A stretch of 64,000 bases of DNA from a virus (Duplodnaviria > Caudoviricetes). A program made the translations under genes and the position numbers. Below the pieces are notes generated by a model. The model saw only the letters and a list, made by a program, of their open reading frames with translations, was not told the origin of the DNA and did not search any database. Every line of letters starts with the position of its first letter. Position 1 is the stretch's first letter. The stretch lies in IMG/VR virus record IMGVR_UViG_3300024259_001623. One strand, given 5' to 3'. Positions 17,960-27,719 of this stretch are shown piece by piece.

Positions 17960-19150
17960 CTAATTAGCCATCATGTCATCTTTATATTCTTCAACCACTT
18001 TTTCTTTTGTTACAGCTTTTTTCCCGTCATAATTTTCTTCAGCCCATTTAGAAATTTCAGGCGGGACAAAAAGACCTGTTTCTTGAGACTTGTCTATCAA
18101 CTCTCCGCACAATGCTTGTTGAAGATCATTGCTTTTGATATTTTCTATAAAAGCTTTCTTTCCTTCTACTTTAATATCATTCCACTTAAAAATTCCCTTT
18201 CTGACAGAGATAACCTTAATCTGTCTTCCATATGAGAACATAAGATCTTCAATATCTGGAAAATATGGCTCATAAAAGATAGGAATTTCGATACTCTCGA
18301 AAAATGGTTTCGCAAATCTATTCTTTCTAATGTATACTCTACTCTTTCTACCTATTAAACGTGGACCGCCATCTTCATCTTCTACCTCTATGTTAGCATC
18401 TTTACTATTCATCTTAGAAACTTGTATTCTTAATGAAGCATTATGCTTCAAACTTCTACCGCCAGGAGTTGTCTCAGGGTTACCGAACATAACTCCGATC
18501 TTTTCTCTTAACTGATTAATGAAAACAACTAACACTCCATACTTAGATGCATAATTGGCGATCTTGCCTAGATTCTCACTCATCAATTTAGCAATAATTC
18601 CTACAGTCGCCTTATCTGCTGACTTCTCCATTCTGGCCTTGGGGACCATATTAGCAACAGAGTCCAACACAATGACCTTTACGCCGCTCTTGCTCAAAGT
18701 CACAATGGCATCAAAAACATCTTCTGCATGAAAGACTACATCTTCATCTTCTGGATTAGACATATCAGAATAGAAGATAGTATCTCTGTCTGCACCATTA
18801 ATTTCAGCAAGATTATCTGAGAAACTATGCTCGGTATCAATCCATGCGCATTTATGACCCATCTTCTGTGCAAAACCAACTATTCTATATGCCAAAGATG
18901 ATTTTCCGCCACCCTCTTCCCCAAAAATTTCTACAATCTTGCCGAGAGGACATCCCAATGGTTCATTAGCATCATATCCCTCAACCGTTGACAAATCTAC
19001 ATCTTTAGGTAAAACTCCATGATGGATAGCAAAATCCAAATCAAAATGTCCAATAGGAACATTACCTGGAGAATTCGTGCTGGCACCAAGTCTAACAAAA
19101 CCTTTTAGGTTCTCTAGAATTATATCATCTGTACTCTTTTTCTTAGCCAT
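17960..19150 (-). CDS. recA: RecA recombinase
   Basis: IVEIFGEEGGGKSS, IDTEH, LDSVA, FINQLREKIGVMFGNPETTPGGRSLK, KNRFAKPF. Confidence 0.95.
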   Translation of the reverse strand: MAKKKSTDDIILENLKGFVRLGASTNSPGNVPIGHFDLDFAIHHGVLPKDVDLSTVEGYDANEPLGCPLGKIVEIFGEEGGGKSSLAYRIVGFAQKMGHKCAWIDTEHSFSDNLAEINGADRDTIFYSDMSNPEDEDVVFHAEDVFDAIVTLSKSGVKVIVLDSVANMVPKARMEKSADKATVGIIAKLMSENLGKIANYASKYGVLVVFINQLREKIGVMFGNPETTPGGRSLKHNASLRIQVSKMNSKDANIEVEDEDGGPRLIGRKSRVYIRKNRFAKPFFESIEIPIFYEPYFPDIEDLMFSYGRQIKVISVRKGIFKWNDIKVEGKKAFIENIKSNDLQQALCGELIDKSQETGLFVPPEISKWAEENYDGKKAVTKEKVVEEYKDDMMAN

Positions 19151-19162
19151 TTACAACTCCTT

Positions 19163-19714
19163 TTATATATCTATTGATGCTTTATATCCAAACAGTATCT
19201 CTTCTATTTTAGAAGGATCAGTAGCGACATAAATCTTTTTTAAATCATGTAATCCCTTAGACTTTATAAGTGATACATCTTCTTCTGTAAGACTGTGAGG
19301 CCCAACGAATGTAACCTTATATCGTTTATCTTTGCCAACACCTGAAACAGATATTTTAAATTCTGCTCCATTAGAACCACCTGGATTCCTACCAGTCTTC
19401 TCATAGAAAGTCTTAAAATTCTTAAAAATATATTCAGACTGTTCAAAAACTTTAATCTTATTATCTCTTCTATCTAAAACATTTATGGCGAATCTTAAAG
19501 TTGGTCTTATATTATGTGTAGTTGCCACAGGACAAGTATCTTCATCAAGACATACGGCACTTTTAAAGCTTGGGGAATATATAAAATATTTTTTAAAATA
19601 ATGCAATTTCCCCAACAACCTCATAGTAACAGATTCTCCATCTTTCAGGTAAAGAAATATATTATTATTACTATAACTATTACCTGTAGGTATATCACTC
19701 CATCCCATAGACAT
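19163..19714 (-). CDS. Phage single-stranded DNA-binding protein (gp32-like)
   Basis: LKDGESV.MRLL, CPV, RFAINVLDR....KVFE, G.GKDKRY.V; adjacent to recA. Confidence 0.6.
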   Translation of the reverse strand: MSMGWSDIPTGNSYSNNNIFLYLKDGESVTMRLLGKLHYFKKYFIYSPSFKSAVCLDEDTCPVATTHNIRPTLRFAINVLDRRDNKIKVFEQSEYIFKNFKTFYEKTGRNPGGSNGAEFKISVSGVGKDKRYKVTFVGPHSLTEEDVSLIKSKGLHDLKKIYVATDPSKIEEILFGYKASIDI

Positions 19715-19724
19715 CTTTATCTCC

Positions 19725-21023
19725 TTATAGCAAATCCCAGCTTGCTTCTTTTGCTGCCGACTCTAAATTAACATCTTTTACTTCTACTTCCGCTTTTACT
19801 TTTTCATTTGCCTTTTTGACAGAAGCAGTTAACTGGTCTAAAATATCAAACTCCTTCAACTCTTCTGGAATTTCTTTTTCTTCAACGACCTCAACTGATT
19901 TTTCTTCTATCTCGGCAACAATATCTTTCTCATGATCTTTTGGATTAAAATGGTTTTTAGTATTCACATCGCCCATCCTTTCAATATTTTTATTTGGAAG
20001 TGCAATTGTCAACTGTCTAGACAAAGTTTCATAAGCATTATCTAAGTTTTTAGACACGATTTCAGCAGAACGGTGTATCCCTTTAAGATCAGAGAAATAC
20101 AATCCAAAATCACTAAGATGTTCATATATAACACCTTCCTGTTTAACTGCTGGCTTTGCATATTCTACTCTAGCCAACAACCCTTTCAAAAACTCATATG
20201 CTGTTTCAAACTTGTAATACTGACTATTGCAATTCATTTGAATTTCTTTGACTCTATCTCTCCAAGCCTGTACCTCTTGCATCCTTTTATGGATTTGAGG
20301 CAAATCATATATAGGAACTGATACATCTACCTTTGCGTCAATCAACTCCTGAGTATACCGCTCAATAGGAATCATATCACTTTTCAAAACACGATTCAGG
20401 ATATTAGCCTTCTCCCTATAAAAAGAATCGAACTTAGGAGAAGGACTGGTGAGATTCCATTCATCTAAATTAACGATAGGTTCAATAGAACCTGTATGTC
20501 CATCTTCAGATACCTCTTCTAGATATTTTTCAGTGACCTCTTCTACAACATCAGAATTATCACCATCTTTTAGATCAATACACTCAATAGGTTTTCCATC
20601 CGTTTGAACCCATCCAACCTTTTCAGGATATTTTACTGCAACCTTCAGAGCATCACCTAATGCCTCAACATCATCTCTAATAGGGAAAGTCCCTGTAAGA
20701 ACTTCTTCCACAGGAGGCTCTTCTACAATCTCTTCCTGATTAGTCTCTTGTATAATGGTTGCAATATCATCGTCCATAGATACAGATTCTGTTAAAATAT
20801 TAGAAGGAACTTCTTCTACAGCATCTGCCTTTTCATCTTTTTTAACTTCAAGCTCTTTACCATCAACGGTGCCAACCATTTCTTTTACCATATTAACCTT
20901 GTCTTCAAAAGACTCCTTATTTTGAGCATCACTCAACTCTCCATAGATTTCATCATCTGATGAATGTTTTTCTTTTGGATTAATCCCAAAAATGTCTTTT
21001 ATTTTATCAATATCTTGTGCCAT
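19725..21023 (-). CDS. Hypothetical protein (acidic N-terminus, helical C-terminus)
   Basis: 432-aa ORF with RBS; no recognised motif. Confidence 0.65.
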   Translation of the reverse strand: MAQDIDKIKDIFGINPKEKHSSDDEIYGELSDAQNKESFEDKVNMVKEMVGTVDGKELEVKKDEKADAVEEVPSNILTESVSMDDDIATIIQETNQEEIVEEPPVEEVLTGTFPIRDDVEALGDALKVAVKYPEKVGWVQTDGKPIECIDLKDGDNSDVVEEVTEKYLEEVSEDGHTGSIEPIVNLDEWNLTSPSPKFDSFYREKANILNRVLKSDMIPIERYTQELIDAKVDVSVPIYDLPQIHKRMQEVQAWRDRVKEIQMNCNSQYYKFETAYEFLKGLLARVEYAKPAVKQEGVIYEHLSDFGLYFSDLKGIHRSAEIVSKNLDNAYETLSRQLTIALPNKNIERMGDVNTKNHFNPKDHEKDIVAEIEEKSVEVVEEKEIPEELKEFDILDQLTASVKKANEKVKAEVEVKDVNLESAAKEASWDLL

Positions 21024-21039
21024 AATACCATCCTATATT

Positions 21040-21417
21040 TTATATACCATCGAATATATCATTATCAACTGTAGCACCGCCACTATCATCCTTTTTAGGG
21101 TCTTTAGAGGCAAAAACTTTCTTCTCTCCCAAACCCAACTCATCACATGCAGTATTCAATGTTCTTTTTAATTCATTAGCAACATGAATAGATATAGCAT
21201 CCAATTTCTTTTGTCTTTCTTTCAGGTCAGTCCAGGTTATTTCTTCTTCTAGACTAACATCAACTTTAAGACCCTCGTATTTCGCCGTCCATATAGTTCT
21301 TTGCATACTTTTTCTTACTACAGTTGTTCTTTCTACAGTTGTGCTTATTTCACTCTTACCATCAGCAGACATTGTTACTGTAGTATTTCTTACTTCACCT
21401 TTTCCACCTTCAGACAT
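21040..21417 (-). CDS. Hypothetical protein
   Basis: 125-aa ORF with GGAG RBS. Confidence 0.6.
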   Translation of the reverse strand: MSEGGKGEVRNTTVTMSADGKSEISTTVERTTVVRKSMQRTIWTAKYEGLKVDVSLEEEITWTDLKERQKKLDAISIHVANELKRTLNTACDELGLGEKKVFASKDPKKDDSGGATVDNDIFDGI

Positions 21418-21428
21418 TATTATCTCCT

Positions 21429-23432
21429 TTAGAATAACGATTCTGGACCTACGCCTCTTTTAGCAGATGCTTTCATATCTTTTCTCAAAGATCCAAATTT
21501 ACTTGCTAACATTTCCGCGAAATCTTGTTTTTTAATTTTTTGACCTTTAGGTAATTTTTTATTAAGTTCTTTAAATTCATCATTAAAGAATCCTGCTTCT
21601 GCCAAAGACCTAATAGCTCCCAGGTCTACCTTGCTAGTATCTGTATTGAATGCTATATCTCTCAAATTATCATACGGAGCATTCTTAGCCAATTCTGTAG
21701 CTGTTTCAATTCCTACGCCTTCACATACAATACTAGGCATTATCTCTGTGAATTCTACTCCAGAGTTTCCGTCTTTCTTCTTAATTATCTTATATTCTAC
21801 TCCACAAGAATTCAATTTCTTAGGAAGAATTTTTATATCAAACTTTTTACAGTCTCTTTCTAATTCCTTAACCTTATCGTACTTCTTACGAGTACTTTCT
21901 ATATTCATATACGCACACATAAATTCATCAGTATAATTCGATTTCAAATATGCCGTCATATAAGAGTCATAAGCATAGCAACATGAGTGAGCCGCATTAA
22001 AACCATAAGCTGCGAATGGAGTAATAAACTTCTCCCAATAATCATCTGCTATTCTTTCAGGTAAGCCTCTTTCCACGGCACCTTTAATAAACAAACCTTT
22101 ATACTTATCAATAAGATTTTGTTTCTTCTTACCAATACCCTTAATTAATACATATCCATCCGTTTCAGAGAAACCTGCTAGTTCTTTACAAATTTGCATA
22201 ACCTGTTCTTGGAAAACTAACACTCCATAGGTCTTATCTAAAATATGCTTGACGTGCTTCTCGATAACTGGATGGAAAAAGTCTACTGTCTTAAAACCCT
22301 TTTTCCTAGCACAATATTCTGGAATCGAAACCATAGGCCCAGGTCTATATAGTGCAATAGCGGCCATAATATCATTAAAACAATCGACTTCGATTTCTTG
22401 TATAGTCTCTTGCATCCCTCTATTTTCACACTGGAAAATACCTGTCAGCTTACCGCTCTTATACAGATCAAAAGTATTCTTATCATCTAGAGGCAAATTT
22501 TTGATATCTATATCTATATCATAATTTTGTTTAACCATCTCGACTGTCTTTTTAATAACAGATAATGTACTGATAGCCAATATATCAAATTTTATAAGTC
22601 CCATACTCTCAAGGTCTTCATTTGGGAATTGAGTAGCAAAACCCTTATTAGAAGTTCTCAAAGGAGCAATCGTATGCAATGGAACATTAGAAATAACTAC
22701 ACCAGCAGCATGAACTCCAAAATTAGAAACAATACCTTCTATAAGTTTTGCATGATTTCTAAAACCTTTTTCCTCGAATTTATCTATATACGCTTTGAAA
22801 TCTGAACAATACTTATAAGCATCTTCGATAGTCTTTATTTTATGCTCAACGCCATCTTCATCGGCTACTTTAAGAATAGCTCCGATCTGTCTTGGCAAAG
22901 AAGCAACTATCTCAGATACTTTAGCTTCATTTTCGCTTTTATTCTCTTTGCTACCTTTGAAAAATGCATTTGCTACATCAAGTGCCTTACCGATTCTACG
23001 TATTGCAGATTTTAATTTAAGACCACCATAAGTTCCGATATTGCCGACATTTTCTCTACCGTATTTGTCAATAATATAGTCATATATTTCTTGTCTACGG
23101 AAATATTCAAAATCACTATCAATATCTGGGAAACCTGCTCTAGCGAATGCTCTTCTTTTGAGCAAAAATTCCCCATCAGGGAATTTAGCAGTCATTCCTA
23201 TATAATAAGCAGTAATACTGTTAATGGCATTGTTCTTGCCTTTTCTTTTATTCTTTTTCTTTTTCTTTTTTCTTCTTTCCCATGTGTCGTAGAATCCCTC
23301 TAATAGACTACGACCGTCAAGGCCGTCCTCTACTTCCATAAAATCTAATTCACTATCTATTTGTTTCAGTGCGCTTTCGTCAGCACCCTGAACCTCAGAA
23401 AGAATTTGTTTTCTAATTTCTTCTATTTGCAT
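21429..23432 (-). CDS. dnaE: DNA polymerase III alpha, catalytic half (palm/thumb/fingers/HhH; no PHP, no OB fold)
   Basis: PDIDSDF, HAAGVVI, KFDILAIST, GIFQCE, ALYRPGP, TYGVLVFQEQVMQI, YGFNAAHS. Confidence 0.93.
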   Translation of the reverse strand: MQIEEIRKQILSEVQGADESALKQIDSELDFMEVEDGLDGRSLLEGFYDTWERRKKKKKKNKRKGKNNAINSITAYYIGMTAKFPDGEFLLKRRAFARAGFPDIDSDFEYFRRQEIYDYIIDKYGRENVGNIGTYGGLKLKSAIRRIGKALDVANAFFKGSKENKSENEAKVSEIVASLPRQIGAILKVADEDGVEHKIKTIEDAYKYCSDFKAYIDKFEEKGFRNHAKLIEGIVSNFGVHAAGVVISNVPLHTIAPLRTSNKGFATQFPNEDLESMGLIKFDILAISTLSVIKKTVEMVKQNYDIDIDIKNLPLDDKNTFDLYKSGKLTGIFQCENRGMQETIQEIEVDCFNDIMAAIALYRPGPMVSIPEYCARKKGFKTVDFFHPVIEKHVKHILDKTYGVLVFQEQVMQICKELAGFSETDGYVLIKGIGKKKQNLIDKYKGLFIKGAVERGLPERIADDYWEKFITPFAAYGFNAAHSCCYAYDSYMTAYLKSNYTDEFMCAYMNIESTRKKYDKVKELERDCKKFDIKILPKKLNSCGVEYKIIKKKDGNSGVEFTEIMPSIVCEGVGIETATELAKNAPYDNLRDIAFNTDTSKVDLGAIRSLAEAGFFNDEFKELNKKLPKGQKIKKQDFAEMLASKFGSLRKDMKASAKRGVGPESLF

Positions 23433-23435
23433 ATT

Positions 23436-24008
23436 TTACCTTCTAGTATTTATTCTGGCATGTAGATCATTAGGTTTATCAATTATATGATCTACGATTC
23501 CCATTTTTAAAGCCTCTTTTGCAGTTATGTAAGAGTCTTTTGACATCAAATCTTTAATTTGTTTATTGCCCAAATTAGTATATTTTTTAATCAGACTTTC
23601 TAGTTGCTTTTGCAATTCTTTTGTTGCCTTGACTTCGTTATCCATCTCATGAATATTGCCATAAAAACCAGTGCTTACAGAATGCATCAAAACACAAGAA
23701 TTAGGAGTAATAAATCTCTTTCCTTTTGTTCCGCTCATAAGTATCATTTGAGCGGCACTCATAGCTTTTCCAACACAAATGGTAGCAACATCACATCTGC
23801 ACATTTTTATAGCATCATGTATAGCCAACAAACTGTAACATTCTCCACCATAAGAATCAATATACAAAAGTATATCTGACATAGGGCTTTCTTCTTCTAA
23901 ATCAATTAAACTCTGAACAACAGTTTTTACACTTTCTTCATCAATCTTGCCGTTTAAATGAATTATTCTCTTCTCTTTTGCTTCCTTAGCTGCTGTGGTC
24001 ATATTCAA
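23436..24008 (-). CDS. clpP: ClpP-like protease subunit
   Basis: YIDSYGG, CVGKAMSAA (catalytic Ser), LMH (His), EALKMGIVD. Confidence 0.9.
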   Translation of the reverse strand: MNMTTAAKEAKEKRIIHLNGKIDEESVKTVVQSLIDLEEESPMSDILLYIDSYGGECYSLLAIHDAIKMCRCDVATICVGKAMSAAQMILMSGTKGKRFITPNSCVLMHSVSTGFYGNIHEMDNEVKATKELQKQLESLIKKYTNLGNKQIKDLMSKDSYITAKEALKMGIVDHIIDKPNDLHARINTRR

Positions 24009-24023
24009 TATTCCTTTCTTAAC

Positions 24024-24419
24024 TTATGAAAATATTTCCCAGGGAAATTGTATCCAAGTGCCGTCATCAATTTTTTCTGCGTAAAAATCTGGTTTAATTT
24101 TACTAGATTCTCTATAAAACAAAGAAGCTGTTTTAAATCTTTTATGATAATTAGTTATAGTCGCTCCAGAATCCACAATGTCGTCAATTAAAATTGGCTT
24201 TACAGTATAATTGTCAATATTAGAGATATTATCATGAATATAAATATGATTATCACTAATATGACAAAGACATGTTGCAACAATAACGCCACCGCGAGGA
24301 ATACCCATAACACCACTACTTTCTTTTTTCATAACGTCAGAAAGTAAATATACCATATTATGAAAATAGTCCCAAGATATTTTTCGTACAGGCTGATCTT
24401 TCGCTCTCATCTTAGCCAT
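24024..24419 (-). CDS. Type I phosphoribosyltransferase (xanthine/hypoxanthine-guanine PRT-like)
   Basis: GIPRGG, LIDDIVDSGAT PRPP loop, PDFYA, WIQFPWE. Confidence 0.85.
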   Translation of the reverse strand: MAKMRAKDQPVRKISWDYFHNMVYLLSDVMKKESSGVMGIPRGGVIVATCLCHISDNHIYIHDNISNIDNYTVKPILIDDIVDSGATITNYHKRFKTASLFYRESSKIKPDFYAEKIDDGTWIQFPWEIFS

Positions 24420-24434
24420 ATTGTTCCTCCAATC

Positions 24435-27095
24435 TTAATAACGATCAACTCCGCCAAGGTCATCGTCAACTTCTCTTTCTTCATCTATATCATTATCAAA
24501 AACATCCACTGATACATCTTCATCTTCATCATCAAAGAAATCAGAATCTTTTATGAAGTATTTCGTGTCAAATCCCAAGAACCTTTCCCAGATAAGGTCA
24601 TAATCCAGAGGATCGACTCCATAACATATATCTAAACAATGCAATAGAACGCTTGCATAACCTGAATTATGAACTACAAAAGAAGATGTTAAATAATTAG
24701 ATTCATTTTCTACAGTCAAATCATAAACTTCTTTTATATTTTCAACTTCTGCTATACTTCTAACTTTTAATAATATCCCATTATCAACCTGTTTATACGT
24801 AAATTTTTTATTGTTTTCTATATAGATAGTTTTTGGAGAAACGATAACATAACTATTTTTTGCATTTCTAAATGCTTCTCTTTTATCGATTCTTTCATAC
24901 AAACTCAAAGAAGAAGGCACACCAATTTTTCTATAAATATATCTGATTTGATTAGCCAACTTTTTAGAAACTGTTGTATAACTCAACTTATATTTACTTA
25001 ATGATCCATCTCCATCATGCAACCCAATTAATAAAGATTTTATTTTTTCATAATTATTTTCTTTTATAAATAGCTCTGGTATATATTTAGAAGAAGCGCA
25101 AAAATTATAATCTTTAAACATTTTTTTAAATAATGCATATATGAATTTACTTTTTATATATACCTGAATTAAATTTTTGCTTACATGTTTGTTTATGTAT
25201 ATACTAAAATTATATTTATCAAAATAATTTATAATCTTGTATATTTGATCTTCTTCATTACTATTAAAAGCGAATGCTATATAACTCTTATCTCTTCGTG
25301 TAATCCAGCCATCAGATATAAACTTACCTACAACATAAAAAAAATCATCATCAAATGATATATATCTATCATGCACTAAATCACTCAATATATTCTTTTT
25401 ATTCATAGGATTTAATCTCATAGAATGAACTTGATGTTTATCACATACCATATCACTATTATTTTGAAATTCACCAAAATCTATAAATTTGTTATTATTC
25501 TGCTTAAAATTCTCTTTGACATAAGGGACAAAAACCCAATCTCCAACTTCTAAATCTTTTGCATTAATCCAGCACATATGATTACCTGTTGGATCTTTAT
25601 ATCTTTTCATGCGTTTTTTACAAGAATCACTATATTTCTCCCATCCATCTGGTCTTACTAGTTTTTCAACCAAGATTTTATGATCTTTGGTAACAGTTAC
25701 CCCACACGAATCTCCATAATAACATTTGATATTTAAAAGCGTTTCATCTTTAATATTATATTTATGTTTTTTCACAACTTTTTGTTTTTTACCGCTTAAA
25801 GATATAACATTATCTCCTTCCTTAATATCTTTAATTTTTTTTGTTTCCCCCTCTCCCATTACAATACCAACATCACCTGACAAACATCCTCTACCTGGAC
25901 CTGTCAAAATATCAGAATCATTTGCAAATTTCATTATATCTTCTTCGATCAGAAAATATGTTGCAAAATCATATCCATTATTTTCCCAAGCGACTCTAAC
26001 ATCTTTCAACTCTTTTTTCAACGTTGCTACGTGGTCAGGACTTTTATCCCATCCTCTTTTCTTCATACCATCCATAGCTTTTTTCTTCATATATTCGTAT
26101 GAGCCTTCAAACTCTCCCATATCCGCATATTCTTTTGGTATCTCTATATTAGGCAATCTCATACCGCCAAATAGATTCTTGGTTATATCTTCTGTATCTA
26201 TTCGGTCTGACAAAGCAACAGTGTTCCTTAAACATTCTGGAGAAAATCTAAATATCTTTGCCATTTCCTCTGCACTTTTAAGATAGAACTCTTCATACGG
26301 ATGCTTTAAATGCTTTGGATTTGTGATACAATTAGATGTTGACATGCACATAAGAACTTCATGAGATTTTGCGTGTTCTTTTAAAAGATAATGACAATCA
26401 TTTGTCGCTATGACTGGAATGTCCATTTCTTTTCCTAGCTTGAAAATCTCTGGAAGAATAAGAGCTTCTTTATCTATACCATGATACATTGCCTCAAGGA
26501 AAAAATCTTCTCCAAAAATATCTTTTAATATACCGCAAATATCTTTTGCACTATCATATCTATCATAAAGAAGATTAGCATTGATTGCACTAGATAAGCA
26601 AGCGCTGCCTATGATTAAGCCCTCAGAATGCTTCTCTAACAGTTCTAAATCTATTCTAGGGGTGAAATAGAATCCATCAACCCAAGACTTCTCAGACAGA
26701 GTACACAGGTTCTCATACCCTTTATAGTTTTTCGCCCATATATTTAAATGCCTATTACCCTTCTGCCCATCAGGCTGATCGTCTTTGCTTTTATATTCCA
26801 TCTTTCTAGATAAATATACTTCACATCCCAAAATGGGCTTAATTGGTTTATATGGAATGTCATCTCCGTTCTTATCTTTAGTAGCAGAGCATTCTTTGAT
26901 AAACTTGATCCAAGAACCTATAGTTCCATGATCTGTTATAGCCAATGCCGGAAATTCCATTTCCCTTGCCTTTAAGACCAGCTTCTTTAGCTGAGACAAT
27001 CCATCAAACTGGCTAAATTCAGAATGACAATGTGCGTGAACAAAATCACTGTTTTTGAACTTCATATTTTTCCTTCTATGTTTGTTACTGTTCAA
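24435..27095 (-). CDS. dnaE: DNA polymerase III alpha, N-terminal half (PHP domain), intein-containing; probable start 27065
   Basis: HAHCHSEFS, ITDHG, GCEVY, TNDCHY, GPGRG-[intein]-SG, VDPLDYDLIWERFL then acidic tail; lacks PDxD. Confidence 0.92.
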   Translation of the reverse strand: MNSNKHRRKNMKFKNSDFVHAHCHSEFSQFDGLSQLKKLVLKAREMEFPALAITDHGTIGSWIKFIKECSATKDKNGDDIPYKPIKPILGCEVYLSRKMEYKSKDDQPDGQKGNRHLNIWAKNYKGYENLCTLSEKSWVDGFYFTPRIDLELLEKHSEGLIIGSACLSSAINANLLYDRYDSAKDICGILKDIFGEDFFLEAMYHGIDKEALILPEIFKLGKEMDIPVIATNDCHYLLKEHAKSHEVLMCMSTSNCITNPKHLKHPYEEFYLKSAEEMAKIFRFSPECLRNTVALSDRIDTEDITKNLFGGMRLPNIEIPKEYADMGEFEGSYEYMKKKAMDGMKKRGWDKSPDHVATLKKELKDVRVAWENNGYDFATYFLIEEDIMKFANDSDILTGPGRGCLSGDVGIVMGEGETKKIKDIKEGDNVISLSGKKQKVVKKHKYNIKDETLLNIKCYYGDSCGVTVTKDHKILVEKLVRPDGWEKYSDSCKKRMKRYKDPTGNHMCWINAKDLEVGDWVFVPYVKENFKQNNNKFIDFGEFQNNSDMVCDKHQVHSMRLNPMNKKNILSDLVHDRYISFDDDFFYVVGKFISDGWITRRDKSYIAFAFNSNEEDQIYKIINYFDKYNFSIYINKHVSKNLIQVYIKSKFIYALFKKMFKDYNFCASSKYIPELFIKENNYEKIKSLLIGLHDGDGSLSKYKLSYTTVSKKLANQIRYIYRKIGVPSSLSLYERIDKREAFRNAKNSYVIVSPKTIYIENNKKFTYKQVDNGILLKVRSIAEVENIKEVYDLTVENESNYLTSSFVVHNSGYASVLLHCLDICYGVDPLDYDLIWERFLGFDTKYFIKDSDFFDDEDEDVSVDVFDNDIDEEREVDDDLGGVDRY
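24666..25886 (-). mobile_element. Contiguous intein (407 aa) with in-frame LAGLIDADG endonuclease in dnaE N-half
   Basis: Starts CLSGD after GPGRG, block B VTKDH, LAGLIDADG-like GKFISDG and GLHDGDG, ends FVVHN with Ser+1. Confidence 0.93.
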
Positions 27096-27435
27096 TATCT
27101 AAAAATGCATGCTTAGATATTTTGTCTTTTCCTGCAACGATATTATGTTTTGATGTGGTTAGTATGATAGATACTATATCATCTATATCTATACCTTTTT
27201 CATTGCTTGATGCTGATTTAAAAAATATTATTATATCTATAGAATGTTCTTCTACTTTTTTAATACGAACTTTGTCATATCTTTTTATATGATCATTTTT
27301 CGCATCTCTGTATTCTATAGTAATATCTGTACTAGCTTTTCTAATATTATTTAAAAGATCTATTATGACCTCTTCATCATGCAGATCATCTTCAGATACA
27401 GTTTTTGTTACTATTTGTTTTCTTATATATATCAT
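27085..27435 (-). CDS. Hypothetical protein
   Basis: 116-aa ORF in operon. Confidence 0.6.
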   Translation of the reverse strand: MIYIRKQIVTKTVSEDDLHDEEVIIDLLNNIRKASTDITIEYRDAKNDHIKRYDKVRIKKVEEHSIDIIIFFKSASSNEKGIDIDDIVSIILTTSKHNIVAGKDKISKHAFLDIEQ

Positions 27436-27438
27436 AGT

Positions 27439-27708
27439 TTAATTATGTTTTGTAGGGTCATATCTTTCTCTATGACCATCTCTGAATTTTACGTATTTGG
27501 GATTACACTTTTTGACATAATCCCCGTCTAGCTCGAAAGACTCTTTTTCTTTGGCCGCTTTTCCGAAATATCCTACGCTACCACTGATTTTAACCCTCTT
27601 ACATTTTGTTCCATCTTCTAAGACATACGGTTTATTTCTATCTTTTATAGGTCTTAATTTCTCAAATATTTCCTCAGTTTCTGGATGGACATACTCATAT
27701 ATAGGCAT
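27439..27708 (-). CDS. FmdB-like zinc-ribbon protein (first CxxC lost)
   Basis: MPIYEY start typical of FmdB family; HPET replaces CxxC. Confidence 0.55.
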   Translation of the reverse strand: MPIYEYVHPETEEIFEKLRPIKDRNKPYVLEDGTKCKRVKISGSVGYFGKAAKEKESFELDGDYVKKCNPKYVKFRDGHRERYDPTKHN

Positions 27709-27719
27709 TACAATTCCTT

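Noticed and set aside
24435-24665. Cyanobacterial-style split intein joining the two dnaE halves
   Set aside because: The N-half ends in an acidic tail with no block A, and the C-half has no HN/C-S-T junction; the only dnaE intein is contiguous.
25726-26286. Longer plus-strand ORFs (also 28729..29178, 36645..37109, 16612..16989, 46794..47165, 61434..61805)
   Set aside because: Antisense shadows of well-supported minus-strand genes, with F/L/S/I-rich composition, no motifs and no RBS.
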